In this document: piece after piece, positions 1 through 13,600 of the stretch
How the letters are laid out: every line of letters starts with the position of its first letter
Position numbering within the stretch: position 1 is the stretch's first letter
From: Ranitomeya imitator
Lineage: Eukaryota
Direction of reading: 5' to 3'
Assembly (NCBI RefSeq): GCF_032444005.1
Contig: NC_091289.1
Location: 161,200,001 to 161,264,000, forward strand
DNA: 64,000 nt
The notes under the pieces: generated by a model
What the model saw: only the letters and a program-made list of their open reading frames with translations
Database searches by the model: none
What the model was told of the DNA's origin: nothing
Position numbers and translations under genes: made by a program

Positions 1-1561
1 TGCATGCCTGCTTAATTTGTGCCTCTAATGCGGTCTTACTATATTTGTTTACTTTATATTCCTTACTTGGGCATGTACTTATACTTAGTTTTTAACCTAC
101 GTATGCACCTCTTGCACTTTATGATCTTGTGGCTTGTATGTTTTAAGCATTTATTATATTTGGATCAATCATTTACATACTAGGTGCAAGCTTTTTTTGG
201 CTGCACCATGAAGTAGGACTTGGGGGTGTTGTTCGGCGGTTCCCCACCGTTTTGTTCCTGCATGTTTTGGGTTAGTTTGTGCTTTCTTATAAGAATAATA
301 TTAATAAAAATATATTTTTTCTAATACGTTGCCTTGTGTGAAGCTATTTTTTAGGTTTTGTTGTATGTTTCGCTTCATGGCCCCTTAGGGGATTTATTAG
401 GTGTTCCTTGATACATATACACACACACACATACATACATTCAGCCTTAAATATATATAGAAGTATCTATAGCTCAAGATCTGGTTTCTTGTAGCTGTGA
501 CATCTGCAAGGAGAGTTAGTGAGATCCAGGCTCTGGCTTCTAGTGAGTCTTATCTTATATTTTTATAGGATCAAGCCCTGTTAAGAACACTATTTTCTTC
601 TTAAAGTACCTTTCTTCTCTAGTTTAAACTGTTAAGACCAGGGATGGCGCAGAGTGAAAAAAAAAACACTTAAAAGAGGGATAGTGGATAAATTCCCAAC
701 TGCTGGGGGTCCGAGGGCTAAAACCCCTACCGATCCCAAGAGGTCGATTATGCACACTTCAGGTCAATTGACTTTTTGGTGTTACATGCAAAATAAAAAC
801 GGCGGCACTGCTCCAGTAATGTCAGCGCTGCTGTTACTGAAGGATGATGTGTCATTGTTGTAGTGTTATGTTCTACTGCAGCAATTGAGCTGCCGCTCAT
901 CAGCAGCAGCTTATACTCGCTCATCAGAGTGCACGTTCGCTTTGATGGATTATTGATGAGCCGCAGCCGATATATGACACAACAAATCATGTCACTCAGT
1001 GGAACCAGTGGTGCCGACATTGTTGGAATGGCTCCATTATGGGAAATGAGTATGCACTATTTACCGTATATATTATATAGGGTCCTGAATTAATTAAGCA
1101 GTGGTTATCCAGTCTTTTTTTATGGAGATCCATTGGAACTGTAGCAAGTTCTCAGAATTGCAATTTAATCTTAAATTCTTCATTAGACAGTAAAATTCTC
1201 TTTATGGAGTCTGTTAACTTTGCTCAACCATAACCAGAATAAAATAGCTTTTCCTTCATTGATCATGGACTGGACTTTCTTTGCAGTTCACCATTGACCA
1301 GTCTGTTATAATGCTGATTATTGACCATTTTTTTGTTGCATTGGATCTTGTTCTCAAATGAAGGGATTAATGGTAAAAATAACACTTTGATTTTAGTCCC
1401 TTGGAGAAAGGTGAGGAATTGGAACATTTCCCAGTGTGTATTTTTGTAAGTAATGCCAATAGTTGATAAAATTTAAATGTTAAAGGAGATTGTGGTTTTG
1501 GCACACGACAGTGCCAATATCCTCGTCTTTTTTCTTTGGTGATGTCAGCGCACATAAACAG

Positions 1562-1568
1562 TATAAAT
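1562..1568 (+). promoter_or_regulatory. TATA box of the ranaspumin-like gene
   Basis: TATAAAT about 60 nt upstream of a CACCATG start codon. Confidence 0.6.
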
Positions 1569-1624
1569 GAGGAGCAGCACCCAGTAGTCATCAGTAGCTT
1601 GAAGTGAACTCTCCAATCTGCACC

Positions 1625-1676
1625 ATGAAGAACATTGCCATCTTTTTGCTGGTTGGTCTCGGCCTCTTCAGCAGTG
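1625..1676 (+). CDS. Ranaspumin-like exon 1 (signal peptide)
   Basis: caccATG...AGTG|gtaaga; MKNIAIFLLVGLGLFSS+G, phase 1. Confidence 0.8.
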
Positions 1677-4600
1677 GTAAGATATCTGATAGATTTACTG
1701 TAAGCCACTTGTTGATATATTATACATATATTATGCATTAAATTAATATATTAAGGTGCTGAATTAATGACTTTACACTTATAACCACAGAGGAAAATGG
1801 GACCATATTTTATTCTTTTTTATTCCCTTTGTATCCCTGAGTAATGTATTTGTTTTAACCCTAGATATATAGTGCTTTTTAGTTTGTGCTAATTTATATG
1901 GTGTTTACCAAAACAGCGTGGCTTGCAGGATCCTCTGGGGTGTGTCTTTAGGCTTCTCTGCCTTATTACCCTGTGAGCTACGCCCCCTTGGTAAAGACCA
2001 TTAAAATTTTAATTAGATAAAAATGGCCATATCTGTCGGCCTATTTATAAAAAAACAAAACTATTGTCAGGGGAGCAGCAGGAATAATATAAGAGCAAAA
2101 ACTGGTGATTTCTTACATCCATTTGTGGTCTGGAAAGTTATATGTTGATTTCTATCTACCCACTATTTAGTGACATAATTGTTGGCGGCTTGGCTGATTG
2201 CTAGGTCTTGTATATTAGTTCATAGCCTTGAACAATGTCACCAGCAAACTGGCAAACACAGAAGAGGGCCCCTGTGCAGGAATGATATATGGGCCCTTTG
2301 CAGTCCAATAGCTCCTCATAATGCGGAATTCTACCTGTTTAGGAGGTGGAAATGGGCCCCCTTACCTTGTGGGCCGCTGTGTGGCCGCACAGGTTGCACC
2401 AATGATATGTCAGTCCCTGTGCTAGCCTCTGCTTAATTATAGGCAGCTGCTTTGCCTATAGTCCATACTTTACACTGCAGCTTTGCTTATGCAGATAGTT
2501 CAGCATGTTAAAATTTCAAGACCACCACAAACCTAACGGACAGTGATGTAACGTAAAGCTTCAGCAAAATTTCCAATAGAGTTCCCACTACCATTTGTTT
2601 TTGATAGTATTGGTGTTCTCATGTGGGCCAAGGAGAATAGAGAGTTGATTTTTCTTTAGAACAATTGTAAAAAATTTTGTAAACTACAATCTAACAACTA
2701 ATATTATCTAGTTAACAATGTATCAGCAAAATATTGTTTTTACAACAACTATTTGTTCAAGCGAGCAAGCATCATATAATGGTTTGTAAGCAGAAATGCG
2801 AAAGTTATGAATGTAACAAACTGGCATTTTTTTTGCTCACTATATTTATTAGGTCTTGTAATATATTTTTTTAAATTGTTATTTTTTTCATTTCAGGATA
2901 CAGCATTGACGTTAACGACGTGGCAGGTTTAGGTATAGACATAAATGATTGTCTAAACGCACTGTTCCAGGTATTTTTTCTTTTAACTCAACTTTAAATA
3001 GTGAAACTGAAGCTATAAGGCTATGTTCACACATTTTGTTTTTTCAGCTTCTTTTAATGCAAATTTTCACCTGAGTTTTATAATACCAGCATAGTCTATG
3101 AGATTTCAGAATTCTCATGCACACAGCTTGTTTATTTTTTTGTCTTCAGTATTTTGTGCAGAACCTTGGGTTTTACAGAATGGGCATGTTGCTTATTTCA
3201 GAGTTTTTTCCGAGTATTTCACCCATTGAAAGCAATGGTGGTGCAAGAAACGCTGAAAAAAAAGCAGGTAGCAATTTTTGCTGCGTTTATGTTGCCAAAA
3301 CCTGATGAAGTAGAAACAGATTTTTTTTATGCACTGAACTTTATCAGCATGCACAAGAAACAAATGTACCATGATAAAAACACCAAAAGCACAGGGAAAA
3401 ACGCAACAAAAACTAAGCAAAGCCTGCGTTTTGCTGCAAGTTTCCTACTGCCAAGAGAGCAGGTTTTGCCTGCAGAAAAAAAGCATAAAAAACGCAACGT
3501 GTCAATTTTTTTTAATAAAGAAACCCAACTGGAATAACAATTTTTAGCCCAAAATATATGCATTTATGTTTAAAAAAAAGTCCCTAATGTTGAAGCTTGT
3601 GCTTTTCTTCAAGGCATAACATTAAAAAATCTCCAAATATGTACTAATTTTACATTACTGTATAAATTACATACTGTAATATTGAACTGTATTATATTAA
3701 TCTTTGATCATTTTACATTTTAATAGAAAGGACCTGAGCTGCTTACTTCACTCGCTGGCATTGCCTGCAAGAAGCCTGACCAGGTAATTCACTTTATTTC
3801 CCACTACACAAGTTGTTAAATATGATGATACAATAATTACAATATAGAACATAATACAGTAATCTACTATATTCCGTGGATTAAACTGTAACTGCAAAGC
3901 TCAACTGCTAATGGAAGTCCCAGGTGGACAATGACCCATATGTGTGGGCAGGCTCGGACTGGCCCACAGGAAAACAGGAGAATCCTCCGGTGGGCCACTG
4001 TGCAAGAGTGGGCGATCAGTACTTGGCACAATATACTTGAATATATACTTGGCATCTTATTAATTTAACAATCTACTCAGTTTATTATTATATAAATTTG
4101 TGATTGAGGATAATGACACATTTGCATGTAGTTGAAAAGTAGGACCCTGGAATTAGTTACTGGTGAGCCCTTGGTACCCCAGTCTGACACTATGTGTGGG
4201 TGATATCCATAAATTGGTTGCTGTCCATGTCAATTTTCAGTCACTTTTCTATTATAATGTTAGATTAACACAAGACCTTTTACTGTTTCAATGGCATAAT
4301 GATGATCTGTGTTCTGCTGCCCGTAACAACCAATCACAACGCATCTTACATTTTTCAAGAGCAGAGTACAAAATCAATGCTGAGTTTTGATAGGTTGATA
4401 TTTTCGTTTCAACATTTTCATAAGTCACTCCAAATTGGATTTGATTCAAATTTCCTCAAATTTGAGTGAATATGAATATGTGGGAGGTCAAATTGTACAA
4501 ATCCATCAAAATGATGGCCAGCCAGCTGCCAATTTGCTGAGATAATATGGGCTTGGAAGCCATAAATATGCTCAGTAAGCCCCTCAGTTGTTCTGGTCAC

Positions 4601-7600
4601 CTCAGCTCCTCACCAGTCCTCCAATGGCTTCTCAAGGCACCCATCATCTCCAGTGCCAGTCTCACATTCACCCTTTGCCAGTGTTTCTGACGTTAGGTAA
4701 GCTTCAACGCATGTTCTGATGTTATGATGTCTTGACATTCTCTGTCTCACTTGAATGCATCAGACAACACATGAAATGACATCATGACTGATGAAGAGGA
4801 GACCGGTGGCGAAGTGGATCAGGTGCCTTTAGAAGCTAGTGGAGGGGTGAGGAGCTGAGGGGTAAGGGGCTATGTATGCTATGTTATTGATTTTTAACCC
4901 CTTCCCACCAATATGCTTATTATTCTCCAAGGTTGGGAGACTTCACAGCATAATAAAATTTTTTTCTCTTTTTACAATGTGAATTGAATTTCTTGGCTGA
5001 ATTTAAGCGAATTTGCTGAATTCAATTTTTATCAAATCACCAATTTAAATACTATATCTTCAATTCAATCATTTAAAACATAGTCTTTATTTCAATCATT
5101 AAAAAGTTATATATCAAATTAATTTCAAAATTTTCCCTAAAATATATTATCCGACTCAAGTCTTTTTTGTCTGTATTCAAAGAGGGAAAGGTTTCACCGT
5201 AATAGGTTTCTAATATACGTCACTCATACTATAATCACAAGAGCAAGTTAAATCTAGTCTAAATTAGATTTATGAAACACATAATGAATGATCATCGCTA
5301 AATAAGTATGAAAATTAGTAATACACAGCAGCATCGATAAATGCTTTAATATTATAGTCTACCTCTAGATATAATTGTACAGTTTGCATGAGATATTACA
5401 GCCAGGGTGCACAACCTTTTCTGATCCGATGGTCACAATGTCACATTGAATCACTTTGAAGGGCCAAAATAAAACCTATAAGTGTCTTTCCATCAGAGAG
5501 ATTTCTGGCAAATCAAAATTAATTGTCTCGTAGATAGGAATCTGAAAACCAGTAAAAGAGGAAGACCATGTGTGAACGTGGTTCTACCCATTGTAAACCT
5601 GAATGCCATAAACTACAAGGTGGAGAGCTACAAGTATAGATGGCCAGATGTAGAACTCATATACATCTTTTTGGAGTAACAAAGAGGGGTCAAGGGACCC
5701 CATACTCCTAAAATTTGTTTTGCATAAATGACTGCTAACCCTTTTTTTTCATGGAATCTACTGTACATGCAAAAATAGTTGCACGCAGGTCAAGCATTTC
5801 TGTAACCAGATGCTTGGGGGCTGCACGGAATGGTATAGTGGACCACATCTGAAGCTTGTGCACCTCTGATTTACATCAAAAGTTAAGCAGATAAATTGCT
5901 TGTATTGGCCCTGAGAAAGGTGGCATTCACAATAAATCTCTGGGCGAGGTTGCCATCTTTATGCCCTGAACAGTGGCATTCATACCATAGCTGAAGGGTG
6001 CATCCAATGGATCAAAGCCTCATCCATTGCGTGCTCACTAGCTCCTTATTCTGTGTCTTCAGAGAGGACAGCATTCAGGATATAAGCATTATTTTACTTA
6101 ATGTTTTGATAATATTTTCTTGAGTTTATTGTATCTACTTATAATTACTATGTGTGAATATTAAATTGGACCAATAATAAAATACACAATTGTTCTGATC
6201 ATGCAATATAAAATAAGAAGAGCATGGACAACAGAAATGCAAGTATTTTAATACATGTTAATAATTGAAATAATAACAGTCTAACAATACCTTGCTTCTT
6301 ATGGTTGTAGTCTGATATTGAAAAAGTGAAGAAATCAGTCCAAGCCACCACTGACTTTTTGGTAAGATTTGATTTTAAATGACGTGTTCTAAAATACTAT
6401 AGACTATAGTAGCTAAATTCGAAAATGTGCAACATCATAATTATTTAACTCATTTAATATAAGTGCAGTACTACATTAAATTACCTTATAGCTGGATCAG
6501 AAAACTTGACTTAGGCTATGCTCACACGATGCATTTATTTAGCGGATTTTTTATGTGTTATATTATATGAAATAAAAAAATTATTTCTGCAAATTTTCAG
6601 CTGCTTTTTACAGTACCAGCAAAGTCTATGAGATTTCAGATATGTTATGCACACAGCTTGGTTTTAGGTCCTCCGTATTTTGTGCAAAACCTTGGGTTTT
6701 GCAGAATGGAGCATGTCACTTCTTTCAGCGTTTTTTTCAGCATATTTCACTCATTGCAAGCAATGGTGGTGCAAAAAACGCTGTAGAAACGCTAAAAAGA
6801 TGCAGGTATCATCAGTTTTTGCTACATTTTTGGTGCCAAAACCTGATGAAGTAGAATCAGATTTTTTGTACCCTAAATTTTATAAGCATGCACAAGAGAC
6901 AAATGTACCATGACAAAAACACAGGAATAGAACGCACAAAAATGCAGCAAAAAATGCAACAGAGACTAAGCGAAACCTGCTTTTTTGCCACAAGTTTTTT
7001 ACTGCCAAGAAAGCAGGTTTTGCCTGCTGAAATAAATGCAACAAAAACACAACATGTGATCATAGCCCTAGCCATATTTCTAACATGCAATGAGAGGTCA
7101 AAAGTCAACAAATCTCTAGCCAGTCCAAGTAGTCGGTGTGTTTTATCTCAAGCAAAGCCTGATTTAAGTATATATATATATAATTTGCATATTTACATAA
7201 CATAAATACATATGTAGTAATCCTTTATTTGTCAGACGGCTCAATACTTTTTATTACTTTTACTGTTTATTAACAAATCCATGTATCAAGTTATCTGACA
7301 AGTTATGAATTGTTGCACGAGTACAGGATCAGAACAAATATCAGCACATGAATGCAGCGTCAGAACCACCATCAGTACAGAAATACAGCATCACAACCAT
7401 AATCAGTTCAGTAATACATCACTAGAACCATCATCAGTACATGAACACATTAATAAAGCTACCATAAGTATATGAAAATAGCACCATAATCACCATCAGT
7501 ACATGAATACATGACCAGTTCCACCATCAGTACATAAACACATCGCCAAACTTAGTACAATGATCAATTGCAATGTCAATTCAGTCCCATATACAATTGT

Positions 7601-10600
7601 ATCACATGAAACTACTACTCCCAGTGTGCTCTAAACAATGGTAAAGAGATACTGGGAGTTATTACCAGCCATTATCAGATGGCAGACCATACAGGAGCCA
7701 CAGTAGTAATGAGATGTAGTCAGCATCACAAATTAACATTTACATCCAGTTACTGGATGTCTCTTCTGATTGAAGTTGTTCTTTTTATTTTCTTCTACAT
7801 CTTGTCTAGATGCCATGATGACTTTTTATATCCAAAGCACTTCTCTGAAACCTTACATCTTCTCCGGTCTTCTGTAGCACACACCAACTCGGTACCCTTA
7901 AAAATAACAGCATGATTATAATGTTCCTGCATAAAAATAGTTGAAGAGAAGGAATATAAACCAGCTCACCCGTGATGCATAAGCTGAGTTTCGGGAACAC
8001 GGACCCGCTGTATCCAGGCGTGTAGAATCCAAGAGAAGAAAATGTCCAGCTTCACCGAATCCATGAAAAAAAGTTTTCTTTATTCACAAACTTAAACATG
8101 GAGGATACAAACTTCAGCACAAACCATATGGGTAAGAATCTCAATGCGTTTCTGGAGACTAAGCTCCCTTAATCATGACCATTCACGCGTTGAGATTCTT
8201 ACCCATATGGTTTGTGCTGAAGTTTGTATCCTCCATGTTTAAGTTTGTGAACAAAGAAAACTTTTTTTCACGGATTCAGTGAAGCTAGACATTTTCTTCT
8301 CATAAAAATAGTTGCCCTATGTTGTGCCCTTGAATAAATAATTGCCTCCAACTATGCCCCCTGCACAAAATGTGTTCCCCACACTGTCACATTTATTGAA
8401 CATGGCCTCCACACTGTCTTGTCCTATAAAATATTGCTTGCATACCATCCCCCTTATGAAATATAACTACTACACACTGCCCACCCTAAATTAGCTATAA
8501 CTGCCAGACTGCCCTTATTAGCTATATTCACCACAATGTCTGCCCTGGTGCTATAACAACTACATTATCCCTATCTTAAGTTTTCTTCCCCAAACTGAGG
8601 ACTCCCTTTTCACACTGTCCCCTCACACTGTATCCCCCATACAGCTCAGTCTCTATACTGTACCCACTGCTCACTTTTTCCCCTCTGCATGCTATCCCAT
8701 ATACTGTGCCATCATACGTACAGTCCCTCTTTGTTGCTCCCTCTCTATACTGTGCCCCATACTGTCTTCCCATATTGCCAAGTCTCTATAGTGTGACCCC
8801 ACCTCACACTCCCTCTTCTACATTTTGTCCCCTCCATACTTTGCTATCACGCTGCCCATCCATGCTGCCCCCTCTCTATACTGTGTCCCATACTGTGTCC
8901 CCTCACAGTGCCCAGATTCTATATTGTGTCCCATCTCTTACATTTTAACTGCTCTAAATACTATCTACTCCATACTGTGCCCTCATACCATTCTCCCATG
9001 CTGACGCCTTTCTACACTGTCTGTCATCTTGTCCTTTCATACTTTCCAGTCGCTATACTATGCCCCTTTCTCACAACTTCCCCCCCATATTGCCCATTTA
9101 CACTGTCCTTCACACTCCCACCTCTCTATATTGTCCACTCCCACATAGCTTAGTCTCCATACTGTACCCCCTCACACTCACCATCCCCCCAGACTGTCCC
9201 TCCCAAAAAAAACCTACCGTTTCTCATGCTCCATTTGTACGCTTAACTTACTGCCATCTTCTACTCCTCTGTAGCTCAGCAGTGACAACAGCAATGTGAT
9301 CTGATAACCTCATCACGCTGCTCACATTGCATTGACCCTGGAAGTGATCAGAGCTTTGACCGTACTGGTATCTGATGTGAGTGCGATTGAATTCAGGGAG
9401 TCGGCCTTTCACATGTTCTATGAGCGAGCTGTCAGTCTAACAACCGGCTCAAAGAATGACCAAATCCCACTGCCGGGGAACGGCAAAATGCCGCCTGGGA
9501 GACATCTCAGATGACCACATTGATGACCTTCTAGTTTCACTCCAGTAATAATTGTGCTGAGCTACTCATATTATTCTTGTTTGATTGGTTTATTGCCAAG
9601 AGCATAACGTTTGCAATTGCCGCTAACAGTCCTACTTTTCAATAGTGTTTTTGATTGAAATGTTAACAATTCAGTTTTCTTTTTTATAATTTTACAGATT
9701 AAAGCAAACTGTTTGCCTGGCGATTTAGTTGGCCTAGACGTAGTAAGTTTTTAATAGTTTTTTCATCAAGGAAAATAATTTGTATTAAAAAGAAAATGTG
9801 TTTTTTTACATTGTCATGGCAATTATTTTTTTTTTATAATTGACTATTTGTCCATATAGAATGGAATATCAGCAAGTAGGATAAGGGATAACTTATTGAT
9901 CAGTGAGAGTCCAATCTTTGAAACACTCATCAATCCCAAAAATGGGGTTCTATATAATTGTGTGGATAGAGGTGCACATGCTCGACCTCCACTTTGTTCA
10001 TTGTCTCTGAGTTTACTGGAAATAGAGGAGCTGTGTACTTGGCTTTCTCCTAAAGACTCACAGAGACTAATAAAACATGCACACCTCCACTCAATTCAGA
10101 AAGGGCTCTCCCATTGTCAGGATTGTTTGGGTATATACACTGATTCCAATGATGTGTCATTTATTGGACTGCTTGCTGTAGTTTTTGGCAAAATCACTGT
10201 TTTATCAACAGGACGTGATCAATAGAGGACTAGTAAACCTGCTGCCATGTAGTCCTCTATATTCATAAGCTCTGTATAACCCCAGCAGAGCGGAGCGTGC
10301 GGCCGCATAGCAACACATGGAGCCGCACGCTCCGCTCCGAAGTGCCGGCGCCAGAGCTTGCTGTTCATATGCGAGACACGGACGTGTTTCTCGCATGTGT
10401 GACTCCGGCCTATCAGTGGTGTGCGCGGAGTTAACCAGGGCTTAATATTCAAAGAAATGGTACATCTGCAGCAGATAAAACTGTGATTTTATTAAAACTG
10501 TAGCAAACAGCCTGGTAAGTGATACACTACTGGAATCAGGGTCACTTCTCCTATATTATGGTGCTCTCCAATGGTGTTACAAAAAACTGGTGACAGATTA

Positions 10601-13600
10601 CCTTTAAACTCATTGGAAATGTTGCCCATTCACTTCCCCCGTATTCCAGTCTTCTTCGTCCCCTGATAACTCTTAGAATCTGTCATTATGTGCCCCACAA
10701 AAACAGTCTATCAGGCAGAGAGCAACAGTTTTCTAAACAGGAGACTGGTCGCATATAAGATAAGGTTATTTTAGAGGATTTTTTCTATATATACTATCAG
10801 AAACTAAAGATGTTTTATGATCTACACTAAGTAATAAAAAGTAGTCCAAGTCCCAATCCAACAAAACGGTAGTTCTATGGTAGCACAACAGATGCTGATG
10901 TAAAGGTGCTATTATATGTATCAGTTTTCCACTGACAGCGCAGTTGATAGCATCGTACAAGAGGTGGAAAATTCTTTTTTTTCTAATTAAAGGTTTTTGA
11001 TTGGTTTTATAACAAAGGTATTCAACAATAAGAAAGCTGTTACAATTAAAGAGCAAGAGTTGTGGACATTTACCGTAAATATAAATTACTCAGCAAGATA
11101 GAGCCAAGACATATAATTTAAGAAACTTGGTGACGGTGTGACTAATAGCCAAGTAGTCTTATAAAATCTACAAACTTAAGAGAACAGTGGAGAAGGGATA
11201 TAACCGGGGTAGGAGAACGATAAAGGATGGGAGACTTAGCCCCCGTCACACATAGCGAGATCGCTAGCGAGATCGCTGCTGAGTCACAAGTTTTGTGACG
11301 CAACAGCGATCTCAGTAGCGATCTCGCTATGTGTGACACGTAGCAGCGACCAGGCCCCTGCTGTGAGATCGCTGGTCGTGTCGGAATGGCCTGGACCATT
11401 TTTTGATCGTTGAGGTCCCGCTGGGTAGCACACATCGCTGTGTTTGACACCTTACCAACGACCTCTTTGACAGGACGTCCCATTGAATCGTCATGAAATA
11501 GCATCGTTCTACAGGTCGCTACAGGTCGCCGCATCGCTACTGCGTCGTCGGGGAGATCGCACTGTTTGACATCTCACCAGCGATCACATAGCGACGCAGC
11601 AGCGATCCCTGACAGGTCGTATCGTTGTCGGGATCGCTGTTGCATCGCTAAGTGTGACGGGGCCTTTAGAAGAAGAGGTTTGGAATATGACCATGGGGAC
11701 TTGTCGAACAATAATCAGGCATACAATGCGCCAAAGTTGACGAGATATCTGAGAATAAAGGTGGATGATGAGATTCGTGGGCAGAATTAGGTGCAAAGGA
11801 TATAGATTATTTCAGGATATTTTAGTAAGCTGGGCAGGATAGGGTAATTTCCCAGTGAAACCATTTAGATGCTCCTTTCTGCTTGTCTTTGAGCTTCTCC
11901 AAACGGTGGGCCGCATCTACAGTTACTCTCAGAACCATTCTCCCATGGAGGGAGGGTCTACAGACTTCCGGTGACAGGGGATTATCGTTTCCACTGTTTG
12001 AAGGAGCAGGCGTAACAAGGTTTTCCTGTAGACATATCTGGACTTAGGGAGCATGTATAATAAGATCACTGCTGGAGTATTTAGGAATTATCACTCCTGC
12101 CACTTCCTAGATACAAATTCATATTTTCTTTATTTTCCCTGAGCTCTAAAACTACATGACCCTCTCATTAACCTAAGTTGCCATATATTAGAAGCCTAAA
12201 TTAAAATATTATATATACTGTTCCCACTCTATGTAATCAAAGACTGTTGGTTTTTTTCAGCAAAACGTCGCGGATGATGTACTTGATGAAGTGAACAAAA
12301 TGTATCTATCTATCGTAAGTTGTGTTTACTATTGCTATAAAACTAACTCAGTAATGTACATAATTACTAGATTAATTCACAGGCGCTAAGACATGGGCAT
12401 CACTTGATTGGATTACTTCACTCAGCTCATTAATATTTGTGAATGCATTTAAAGGTGTCCAGATTAATAGTGTTTACTACTCACTTTTAAAGGGATTGGC
12501 TCCATGGTTCAGGAGTGCACCGCTTTTCTGCATCCCAGTTTCCTGCTTTCCAGGGGGTGGTGCGCTTCTAATGATTGACAGCTTGGACCAGTAACATTGC
12601 CATGTTGCTGGTTATCAAACTCTACATTGTCCCATGCTGGAATCAGAGGCCACGTTGTTTCTGCAGCATTCGAGCACAGTGGCACTGGAGGATGATGGAT
12701 CCGGACAGCTTCAGAACTGTGCTGGCAAGCAGTGGGCAAGAGTGCCCTCTTTTCCTAGAAAATCAACCCCCTCTGATAGACTCCAGAGGTGTCCGGTAAC
12801 CTAAGCAATAAGCAGTGACCTGTAAAATTAAAAATCCTTCCAATCTTTAAAACGGAAAGGATTTTTAATAAGATATTAATTGTAAAGTTGCTTGTTTCTA
12901 CAAGCATTTTGAAATTTTACTCATGTAAAGCATTTTAACAATTCTATCTGCCCCTTTAAAACATTTTAACAATTTACACAGTCTAAATAATTTACATCTG
13001 TAATTTACTTCCTATTTTCTCCTTGGAGCTCGTGGAACAGACCCTCCCAAGTTTGCATCCTACATTGGATCTATGAGGCCTCATTCATACATCCAATTTT
13101 TTCACTTACGTGAAAATTGGATTGATTATTCTGATCAGACACTGATCAGAGTGTGCTATGAGTGTCATCCAATTTTCTCGTACGTGGAGAAATTTAAAAA
13201 AATCTATCTATCTGTATTTTTCTATTTCAAGTGTTACAATGGGGTCATGCCAAATGACCAAAGCTAAAGGGAATTTGCCATTGGTTTTATGTTGCCTGAG
13301 CAAGGAGCAGCATGAACCTGAGACTGGCTGTGTAATTGCAGTCAGGCATTATTTACTCAGCCTGCATTTTGATAAGCCATCTGGGAACTATAAAGAGAGA
13401 CAAGACCAGTCTGAAGATGCCCCTGATTGTCTTCTCCCCGCCCTGCTCCAGTACATTGACAGGTCTTTCTCATATGTGTATATAGGGAGGGACCTGTCAA
13501 TCAACTTGGACAATGAGGGAAGCAGCAGGCCGGGGACCGCACCGGACTAGTCAGATCTCTCCCTTATAGTCTTTGGCTGACGTTTCTGTTGTTTATGAAG

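Noticed and set aside
8380-9230. Short Pro/Leu/Thr-rich ORFs
   Set aside because: Degenerate pyrimidine-rich cacactgtcccc-type low-complexity sequence in an intron
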